Shown: positions 24,802-31,762 of the stretch, piece after piece
Position numbering within the stretch: position 1 is the stretch's first letter
Layout of the letters: each line of letters starts with the position of its first letter
NCBI GenBank assembly: GCA_050125095.1
Contig: JASFEA010000017.1
Location: 1 to 31,762 of the forward strand
Length of the DNA stretch: 31,762 bases
Origin: a bacterium
GTDB taxonomy: Bacteria > Arandabacterota > Arandabacteria > Arandabacterales > JALGWA01
Direction: 5' to 3'
Notes under the pieces: generated by a model
Told to the model about the DNA's origin: nothing
What the model saw: only the letters and a program-made list of their open reading frames with translations
The model's database searches: none
Program-made: the position numbers and the translations under genes

Positions 24802-27339
24802 CTACTTGAGAAGGATGACCTTCTCGGTCTCCTCGGATCCCGCTACCCTGGCGAAGTAAATGCCCGGGCTGAGCGGCCTGCCGTTCTCGTCTTCCGCGTT
24901 CCAGGTCGCCGTGACCCTGTTGCCGGACATCTCGGAGCGGGCTTTGCTCACCAGACGGCCCCGGATGTCGAAGAACTCGACCTCCGTCTGCGGGCTCACC
25001 CTGCCGGCCAGCTCCACCGTAGCGCCGCCGATGCAAGGGTTAGGAAGAACCCTGATGCCCGCAGCCGCGAACTCGCCGGGCACGCCCGCGGACGTGGAGT
25101 CGATCCGGGCCAGCTCGGCCAGCGTGGCTACGGCGGCCTTGACGACGTCCTCGTAGAAGTCGAAGTCTATGTATATATACCTGTCGGTGGTGCGATGGTA
25201 ATAGGGGTAAACCGGCGGGGCATCTTCGATGCTGCAGAACGCCGCATAGCCCTGGTCCCAGAAAGACGCATGGTCGCTGGACCTCGAACCCGGGCTGTTG
25301 CGTATGCGGCAGTCCAGAGACGGGACGTAAAGCGCGGCGGCATCGCCGTATGCAGTGCCGAGGTACTCCGAAGCCTCGTCATGGAGTATCTCGATCTCTT
25401 CCGGGGCCACGTCGACGTAACCTATCATGTCGAAATTGAGCACGCCGAGAATGCTGTCGCCGCGGTTCGCGCAGAACCTGGCGTAGGCGTTGCTGCCGAC
25501 GAGCCCCTGCTCCTCCCTGGAGAAGCAGACGAACCTTATGGTTGCTTCGTAATCCTGGTCGAGAAGTACGCGGGCGGCCTCGAGCGCCGCCAGGGATCCG
25601 GTGGCGTTGTCATCCGCGCCGGGGGCGTCGTAATACGGATTATTGGAGATGGAATCGTAATGGCCGCAGATGATATAGATCTCGTCGGGGCTTACCGTGC
25701 CTGGCTTGGTGGCAATGATGTTCATGTCGCCGTCCTGCACGTCAATGATCTGATTGTCCCAGTCGACCGCGCCGTTGACGCTGTAGAGCAGGATCGCGCT
25801 GCCGCAGACCCACCCCTCATTGTTGTCCACGAAGTAGATGTCCCAGAGCACCGGCTCGCTGTATATGCTCAGGTCAGACCATGTATCTCCGCCGTCGTGG
25901 GTCTTAACGACCCCGCCGCTCAGGCCGGCAGCCCAGCCCGTAAGGCCGTTGGGGGCGAAGCAGACCGAACGCAGCGAAGTCGTAACCGGGGTCGAGACCT
26001 CCAGCCAGGTCCCGCCGTCCTCCGTTTTGAGCACATTGCCGGTCGCCGTCGATATCCAGCCGTTCGTCACTCCCACGAATGTGACGTCCATAAGGTCGTC
26101 GGACGTCGGCGAGGAAGCGTTACTCCAGGATGACCCCGCGTTTTCGGTACGGATTATCTTGCCGCCTTCCCCCACGGCCCAGCCGTCGGTCGAGTTGACG
26201 AATACCACGCTGCTCAAGTCATCGCCGGTCCCGCTGGAAAGCGAGAACCAGCTGGCGCCGCCATCTGTGGTCTTGAGCATCACGCCGCCGTCGCCGCATG
26301 CGTAGCCCGTGTTGGCGTCGGTCATATAGACCTTATTGAGATCCACCCCGGTGGGCGTGATTGCCTGCTGCCAGTTGTCCCCGCCGTCTAGCGTGTAGAG
26401 CATCTCGCCGCCATTCGCGGCAACGCATCCGGCATAATCATCTATCATGAAGACGTCATTCAACGCGATGTCGAGGCCCGAGTCCTGGGGCCACCACGTA
26501 TCCCCCCCGTCGTCGGTGTGGATAATGACACCGCCCCTTCCGACGGCCCAGCCGCTCTGATTGCCCGCCGGGAAGTAGATAGACTTGAGAGTCCTAAGGA
26601 AGTTGAAGTAGTGGATTTCGGTCTCGAGCCCGAGCTCCTCGAACCTCTCCTTAAGGTAGAAGCCCGCGATCTTGCAGAGAGCAGTAGGCGAGTAACGCGT
26701 GTCGAGCCTGTAGGTCTCGCCTCCTACGACGACATTGACTTCACCGCTGAGCTCCAGTATGCGATCATACAGCCTGGTCTGGTCCACCTCGTCCACCATT
26801 GCCTGGACTGCGGGGCTGTAGGTGAAAGCCGGGGCCGGAGTCAGGGTCTCTGCCATGGCGCTCGCTCCCAGTCTCAGCGGCACAGCCGGGCCCGTCACCG
26901 GGCTCAGGCGCCGCTCGGAATCGAGCAGGTGCAGACTGTAGGAAGTCTGCGGGCTCACGGCGACTACATAGAAGAATGCGCGGTCAACAAGGATGTCGGC
27001 CTCCGCCGCCTCAAGCGCGTCCTCCACGCCCAGGCCCTTTCCGACAATGTAATACTCGACATCGTGGCTCTCCTCCGCCACAACGTCGAATTCGATGCCG
27101 AGGCGGTTGAGAGTCTCGAGGTCTTCACCCGAGGCGTGAAGCAAGGCCGCGCCCGCGGTACGGCCGGCGAGCTTCAGGGTCTCGCTGCCTGCGCCCTCAA
27201 GGGCGCGCAGCGCCGGCGCCTCCATGCCTTCAAGGTCGATCTCTATAAGGTAAGCCGGCCCTCCCCGGGCGGCGAGAATCACAGGGGTAAGCATAATACA
27301 TGCTAACAAAGACAAAAAAACACAAATCTTGACCACCAT
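24802..27339 (-). CDS. Secreted M28-family metallopeptidase with inserted YCF48/BNR-like beta-propeller and C-terminal FlgD/T9SS-like domain
   Basis: RBS AAGGAGG; signal peptide; M28 motifs CGHYDS, PGADDNATG, FSREEQGLVGS, LNFDMIG, SSDHASF, YYHRTTD; seven T-x-DGG-x-x-W-type repeats; tail VLPNP...LSPGIYFAR...TEKVILLK. Confidence 0.88.
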   Translation of the reverse strand: MVVKICVFLSLLACIMLTPVILAARGGPAYLIEIDLEGMEAPALRALEGAGSETLKLAGRTAGAALLHASGEDLETLNRLGIEFDVVAEESHDVEYYIVGKGLGVEDALEAAEADILVDRAFFYVVAVSPQTSYSLHLLDSERRLSPVTGPAVPLRLGASAMAETLTPAPAFTYSPAVQAMVDEVDQTRLYDRILELSGEVNVVVGGETYRLDTRYSPTALCKIAGFYLKERFEELGLETEIHYFNFLRTLKSIYFPAGNQSGWAVGRGGVIIHTDDGGDTWWPQDSGLDIALNDVFMIDDYAGCVAANGGEMLYTLDGGDNWQQAITPTGVDLNKVYMTDANTGYACGDGGVMLKTTDGGASWFSLSSGTGDDLSSVVFVNSTDGWAVGEGGKIIRTENAGSSWSNASSPTSDDLMDVTFVGVTNGWISTATGNVLKTEDGGTWLEVSTPVTTSLRSVCFAPNGLTGWAAGLSGGVVKTHDGGDTWSDLSIYSEPVLWDIYFVDNNEGWVCGSAILLYSVNGAVDWDNQIIDVQDGDMNIIATKPGTVSPDEIYIICGHYDSISNNPYYDAPGADDNATGSLAALEAARVLLDQDYEATIRFVCFSREEQGLVGSNAYARFCANRGDSILGVLNFDMIGYVDVAPEEIEILHDEASEYLGTAYGDAAALYVPSLDCRIRNSPGSRSSDHASFWDQGYAAFCSIEDAPPVYPYYHRTTDRYIYIDFDFYEDVVKAAVATLAELARIDSTSAGVPGEFAAAGIRVLPNPCIGGATVELAGRVSPQTEVEFFDIRGRLVSKARSEMSGNRVTATWNAEDENGRPLSPGIYFARVAGSEETEKVILLK

Positions 27340-27371
27340 AGGTTGTCCTCCTTATCGGTAAAACCCCTGTA

Positions 27372-27380
27372 ATTATAACA
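27372..27380 (-). promoter_or_regulatory. Extended -10 element for the M28 gene
   Basis: Minus strand TGtTATAAT about 30 nt upstream of the start; no clear -35. Confidence 0.5.
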
Positions 27381-27550
27381 CATTAGGCATGCCTCAACCA
27401 GTGCCAAAATAGTGACCCCCGGCGGAAGAAAGGTGACTTTACAGGTAGAGCAACAATTTCTGCTAAAGCGAAATCGACGCATGCCGAAAACCCTTCATAG
27501 AAAAACCTTTTGGCAAACAAATCCCGCTATCCGGAATGGGAGGTGGATAG

Positions 27551-27748
27551 ATGGACGTCATCTTCGACATAACGGGCGCCGCTGAATACCTGCATATCAA
27601 AAAGTGGACGCTCTACCGGCTTGCCAAGAAGGGCAAAGTGCCGGGCATCAAAGTCGGAGGACAGTGGAGATTCAAGAAAGATGTCCTCGACAGCATGTTC
27701 TACGGCAAGTCGGCCAAAGCAAAGAAAGCCCAACGACCGACAGACTAA
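27551..27748 (+). CDS. Excisionase-family (HTH_17-like) small DNA-binding protein
   Basis: RBS GGAGGT; FDITGAAEYLHIKKWTLYRLAKKGKVPGIKVGGQWRFKKDVLD. Confidence 0.88.
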   Translation: MDVIFDITGAAEYLHIKKWTLYRLAKKGKVPGIKVGGQWRFKKDVLDSMFYGKSAKAKKAQRPTD

Positions 27749-27751
27749 TCA

Positions 27752-27927
27752 GCCCACAGTAATAGACAGCTGCGGGTTGTGAACGGTGGCACTTTGAAGT
27801 GCGTTCAGAGTCAGGCATGGGGCTCCGATAAACCAGTTCACAACCCGCAGTTGCTGTCTATTATGCGGGCCTCATTTGAGGCAGGCCTCATCTTCCGGAT
27901 CACGGCCCCGGGGCCAGGGCCTGCCTT
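27752..27927. other. Two adjacent long branched stem-loops (candidate structured RNA or MITE-like element)
   Basis: 27770-27784 pairs perfectly with 27836-27850 (15 bp); 27760-27769 with 27854-27863 (10 bp); 27752-27758 with 27864-27870 (one mismatch). Second stem: 27878-27887 with 27918-27927. Confidence 0.6.
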
Positions 27928-28109
27928 CTCGCTTTGGGGCCCTCTCCACCGCACCTCACTGACCGCGCCCGGACGGGGCCCGCAAGGCCTCCCGCCGGCT
28001 ATCCGCCCGCCCTCTTATATATTAAGGCCCGGGGATGCATTGCCGATATTTATTATGGTTGGGGGTGCACTCCGCTTAAGGAGCATCTCCGCCCAGAGAA
28101 GGGGGCGGC

Positions 28110-29726
28110 ATGCCTGATACTGTTACCGTCGATGTAGACGCTCTAATCGACAAGCAAGTAAGAGACATTGTCGGCCTGTTTTCCAAGGCCGCCAAGAACT
28201 ACCAGGTATACCTTCCCAATAACCGCATGTTCCTGTCTTCGCTTACCGAGTTCGCCGGCGCGCTGCAGAAGTTCCTCTATGATCATGAAACCCTGTCGCT
28301 GATCGTCTCGGAATTCGACCTCTACTACGGCGGCAAAGCCGTATATGAGAATCCCGACAAGCATCAGAGCCTGGCCTTCAGGATGTACCGCGACGGCGTG
28401 AGATTGCTCTCATTCCACAAGGGCGTGTCGACCAAGGAGCTCCTGGACCTTCTCGAGGCCCTCAGCCAGTGCATGGAGATAGACAATCTCGAGGAAGACT
28501 TCGTGACGCTCCTCTGGGAAAAAGATCTCAAGCGCATCACTTACTACGAAATCGAGGACTACGAAGAAGAGCTGGAGGTGCAGCGCCCGAGGGAGGAGTC
28601 GGCCGCGGGCGTGCAGGACGACGTCTTCGGGCCCGACGCTGAGGCAATGCCGCCGGAGCAGCTTCAGGACATAGAAGAGATGAAGAACATGCTCCAGTTC
28701 ACCAACGACGAACTCGACCAGGCCAAGGCCATGGTGGAGTCGGGCGACGACGACCTCCTAATATTGAGAGCCTGGCATGTCATCCAGTCCACCATAGATA
28801 TCAAGAAGTCACCCGACGCGTTCATGGACCTTTCGAACGCCGTCGGGCACCTCATAGACATGGCCGTGCAGAGGGGCCGTATAGGAGACGCCGCCACGGT
28901 AATCAAGGAAGCCAAGGCGGTGTACGGGAAGAGCGAGAGCCCCGAGATCAAGGCGGCGCTCGGCAGAATCGTGGACGCCGGCCACGCCGACCGGAACATC
29001 ATGCAGATCGCCGAGATCATATCGACCAATCTGGGCATGCAGGCGGATGACATCCTGAGGTATCTCTCCGAGCTCTCGCCGCGCGCCATCAAGCCCATAC
29101 TGGGACTCATTTCTGTTTGCAAGCACAAGATGTCGCGGCAGGTCATCGCGGGGGCCCTGGCCTCCATCGCGGCCGACGACCCGCCGCTAATACTGCAGAA
29201 CTCGAACAACGACGCCCCGCTCGAGACCGAGATGTGCCTCGACGTACTCGAGGCGATAGGGTCGGAACAGGCCATGAGGGAAGTGCTCAGACTCAAGAAT
29301 CACGCCTCGCCGAAGGTCCGCGCCCGCGTCGTATCGCTGGCCGCCAAGATGGGCGATTCCCATGCCGTGGACATCGCGAAAAGCCTCATAGACGACGAAG
29401 ACCCTCTGGTGCGGCGCCGCGCGCTCGTTACCATAACCGATATCGAGGGGGAGAAATGCGAGGACTTTCTCACTGAGGTATTCACATCCAAGCAGTTCGC
29501 AATGCTCTCGCATGACCAGAAAAAGGGAATGCTCCTTGTGATCAGAAGGCTGCCCGATGAGGTACAGGACCGCGTCGCCAACACCATTCTCGCGATGGGC
29601 GGCATCTTCCAGAGGAAATCCACACAGGACACCAAGAAGGCGCTTACCGAGGTGCTCAATATGAAGTCCGAGCCCCAGGATTCCGAGCGTCCGTGGAGAC
29701 GGAGGGAGGAACGTGGATCAGAGTGA
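28110..29726 (+). CDS. HEAT-repeat protein with uncharacterised N-terminal domain
   Basis: Helical protein with HEAT-like units (LKNHASPKVRARVVSLA, LIDDEDPLVRRRALVTI) and an acidic linker after ~aa 150. Confidence 0.8.
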   Translation: MPDTVTVDVDALIDKQVRDIVGLFSKAAKNYQVYLPNNRMFLSSLTEFAGALQKFLYDHETLSLIVSEFDLYYGGKAVYENPDKHQSLAFRMYRDGVRLLSFHKGVSTKELLDLLEALSQCMEIDNLEEDFVTLLWEKDLKRITYYEIEDYEEELEVQRPREESAAGVQDDVFGPDAEAMPPEQLQDIEEMKNMLQFTNDELDQAKAMVESGDDDLLILRAWHVIQSTIDIKKSPDAFMDLSNAVGHLIDMAVQRGRIGDAATVIKEAKAVYGKSESPEIKAALGRIVDAGHADRNIMQIAEIISTNLGMQADDILRYLSELSPRAIKPILGLISVCKHKMSRQVIAGALASIAADDPPLILQNSNNDAPLETEMCLDVLEAIGSEQAMREVLRLKNHASPKVRARVVSLAAKMGDSHAVDIAKSLIDDEDPLVRRRALVTITDIEGEKCEDFLTEVFTSKQFAMLSHDQKKGMLLVIRRLPDEVQDRVANTILAMGGIFQRKSTQDTKKALTEVLNMKSEPQDSERPWRRREERGSE

Positions 29727-31203
29727 CGGCTCGAGCACGTTGACAAGAAACAGGACGGAGTATCAGGAGCAGGATGAAGAGCTTTCCCACATCCTGAGGG
29801 CCGGGATCGCCGTGGTAAGCCAGATGGTGGCCATGGAGAAGCTCCTGAAGATATACAACGCCGATAACGACACCGTGCGCCAGGCCGCCGACACCCTGGT
29901 CGCCAATCTCAAGGCGCTGGCGGAGGAGCACCCCGAGATAGAACTGCGCTTCTGGAGAGACTGCATATATGTAAACGACGCCCGGCTCAGATGCGACATA
30001 TCCAATTTCTCGTCTTACAAGCATCTGCTCAAGAGGGCCGTCGACCTGGAAATGGAGAAGATGCTCATTAACGAAAAGGTGGACGCCAAAGAGCTCATCG
30101 ACTTCTTCGTGGCTCTGAACCAGGCCGAGGTCGACGAGCTCACCGGGGGCGAAGCCATCGAAGCGGTCGAAGAAGCGGGTATCAAGAATATAACCCTCTC
30201 CCCTGCCTCCGAAAGCCAGGACCTGGAGCTCCTGGGAATCAAGCCGCCTTCGAAGCGCGAGCGCGCCAAGAAGGTGTTCTACTCAACGCTGCGGGCGGCC
30301 AAGGCGGCCATGCTCTCACAGCGCCCGGGCGGGGTGCCCAACCTGAGGAAGGCCAAGCGCGCCGTGCAGGCGACGGTCGACGTCCTCCTGGACGACGAGG
30401 CGTCGCTTCTCGCCATGTCGGCCATCAAGGACCACGACGAATATACCTTCACACACAGCGTCAACGTATGCATGTTCTCGCTGGCGATCGGCCACAGGGT
30501 CGGCCTGTCGCGGACTCAGCTGGCCGAGCTGGGCATCGCGGCTCTCTTCCACGACATAGGCAAGGTGTCCGTCCCGGCTTCGGTCTTGAACAAGGTGGGC
30601 ATGCTCGATGTCGACGAGTGGAAGACGCTGAGGAATCACACAATCACCGGCGTCCAGCTCCTCTCACAGATGCCCCGCTGCAACCAGCAGATAATCCGCT
30701 CTCTGGTGGTGGCGTTCCAGCACCACATCAACATGGACCAGACGGGCTATCCCAGCGCCGAGGACGAGGTCCCGCTCGACCTCTACAGCAAGATCGTCCG
30801 TATTTCGGACACCTTCGACGCCATGACCACGGAGCGGCCTTATATGAACAAGGTCCACTCGCCCCACGAGGCCCTGCAGTACCTTCTCTCGCAGGCCGGA
30901 ACCAAGTTCGACCCGGTGCTGGTTAAGGCCTTCGCGGCGTCGCTGGGGATATTCCCGGTCGGCACGGTCGTCAGGCTCAACACGGGCGAGGCCGGCATAG
31001 TGGTAAAGCATGACGCCAATGACGAGCCCGACCGTCCGGTCGTCAAGATCGTCAAGAACGCCGACGGCACCCAGGCCCCGGGCGAGAAGATCGTGGACCT
31101 CAAGGAGAAGAATCCCGATACCGGGGACTATATCTACAGCGTCGTCGAGGCCCTGTCCTGCAAGGACGTGGGGGAGAATCCCAGGTACCACCTCCTCCCA
31201 TAG
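29713..31203 (+). CDS. HD-GYP domain protein (putative cyclic-dinucleotide phosphodiesterase)
   Basis: GTG after GGAGGA; HDEYTFTHSVNV, LFHDIGK, HHINMDQTGYP, DTFDAMTTERPY, FDP; C-terminal FPVGTVVRLNTGE module. Confidence 0.9.
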   Translation: MDQSDGSSTLTRNRTEYQEQDEELSHILRAGIAVVSQMVAMEKLLKIYNADNDTVRQAADTLVANLKALAEEHPEIELRFWRDCIYVNDARLRCDISNFSSYKHLLKRAVDLEMEKMLINEKVDAKELIDFFVALNQAEVDELTGGEAIEAVEEAGIKNITLSPASESQDLELLGIKPPSKRERAKKVFYSTLRAAKAAMLSQRPGGVPNLRKAKRAVQATVDVLLDDEASLLAMSAIKDHDEYTFTHSVNVCMFSLAIGHRVGLSRTQLAELGIAALFHDIGKVSVPASVLNKVGMLDVDEWKTLRNHTITGVQLLSQMPRCNQQIIRSLVVAFQHHINMDQTGYPSAEDEVPLDLYSKIVRISDTFDAMTTERPYMNKVHSPHEALQYLLSQAGTKFDPVLVKAFAASLGIFPVGTVVRLNTGEAGIVVKHDANDEPDRPVVKIVKNADGTQAPGEKIVDLKEKNPDTGDYIYSVVEALSCKDVGENPRYHLLP

Positions 31204-31241
31204 CCCTCGGGCCCCGGCGGTCCCTCACACCCCGTTTCCCC

Positions 31242-31269
31242 TTGACTACGGCGCTTTTTGCAATATGCT
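31242..31269 (+). promoter_or_regulatory. Putative sigma70 promoter for the aminotransferase
   Basis: TTGACT (31242-31247), 16 nt, TATGCT (31264-31269). Confidence 0.4.
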
Positions 31270-31308
31270 GGGATAGAAGTAATCTGCCCCTTCCAGGAGG
31301 TGCCCTAA

Positions 31309-31762
31309 ATGGAAAATAACACCAATCGCCAGCCGGTGATGACGGACGTCACCACTCAGTGGGATACGCTCTTCTGCGGCCGGACCAAGTGCATGTCCAG
31401 CTCCATAATCAGGGAGATTCTCAAGTTCACGCAGATGCCGGACGTCATATCCTTCGCCGGGGGCCTGCCCGCGCCCGAGCTGTTCCCTATTCGCGAGTTC
31501 GAAGAGGCCTCGCGGCATGTCTTGAACACCGACGGACAGCGCGCATTGCAGTACGGCCTCACGGAGGGCTACCTGCCCTTGCGCGAGGCTCTAGCGGAGA
31601 AGATGCAGAAGTACGGGGTCGACGCCGAGCCCCAGAACATACTGCTTACAAACGGCTCCCAGCAGGCTCTCGACCTCATCGGCCGCATATTCATAGACGA
31701 GGGCGATGTCATCATAACGGGCAAGCCCACCTACCTCGGAGCATTGCAGGCCTTCAAGGTCT
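31309..31762 (+). CDS. PLP-dependent class I aminotransferase (LysN/2-aminoadipate transaminase-like), truncated by the right edge
   Basis: ATG 31309 after AGGAGG; manual translation gives SSIIREILKFTQMPDVISFAGGLPAPELFP...ALQYGLTEGYLPLRE...ILLTNGSQQALDLIGRIFIDEGD...PTYLGALQAF. Not in the ORF track. Confidence 0.9.
   Translation, partial: MENNTNRQPVMTDVTTQWDTLFCGRTKCMSSSIIREILKFTQMPDVISFAGGLPAPELFPIREFEEASRHVLNTDGQRALQYGLTEGYLPLREALAEKMQKYGVDAEPQNILLTNGSQQALDLIGRIFIDEGDVIITGKPTYLGALQAFKV

Noticed and set aside
24793-26133. 446-aa plus-strand ORF
   Set aside because: Antisense shadow of the M28 peptidase, as expected in GC-rich DNA; no motifs.
27340-27550. c-di-GMP-I riboswitch near the HD-GYP operon (GGCAAAC and GACGCA fragments)
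   Set aside because: Fragments are in the wrong order and lack the flanking stems.
27551-27748. Prophage or ICE boundary suggested by the excisionase-like gene
   Set aside because: No integrase, tRNA, att site or phage genes nearby; standalone HTH_17 proteins are common.
27752-27870. Integron attC site, SRP, 6S or tmRNA identity for the long hairpin
   Set aside because: No RYYYAAC/GTTRRRY ends and no integrase; SRP core, tmRNA ends and a 6S-style central bubble are absent.
27779-28117. 112-aa ORF between the HTH and HEAT genes
   Set aside because: No RBS, Pro/Gly-rich low-information translation, and it coincides with the stem-loops.

Overview
GC-rich bacterial chromosomal window, probably from an uncultured FCB-superphylum lineage. 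This is inferred from three secreted proteins with PNPF/FlgD-type C-terminal domains and one ending in a TWGxIKxLY tail. Bases 1-18.3 kb form a beta-1,3-glucan (laminarin-type) utilisation locus with no SusC/SusD or TonB-dependent receptor in view. It holds a GH149-like phosphorylase (missed by the ORF track because it runs off the left edge), a carbohydrate-binding lipoprotein, two different GH16s, an Opp/Dpp-type ABC importer split over two convergent operons, a GH1, four copies of a CBM-like module, and a ~1073-aa fusion of a clan-A glycoside hydrolase with a large predicted outer-membrane beta-barrel (the most novel-looking element). Bases 18.4-31.8 kb hold a MATE/TIGR04076-like/HypE-like operon, a TPR protein, tldD-tldE flanked by a 23-bp direct repeat, an M28 peptidase with an inserted 7-repeat propeller, a small excisionase-type HTH gene followed by long stem-loops, a HEAT-repeat/HD-GYP pair sharing an N-terminal domain, and a truncated PLP aminotransferase. 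No rRNA, tRNA, CRISPR array or transposase was seen. Family calls come from motif recognition only; no database search was run.
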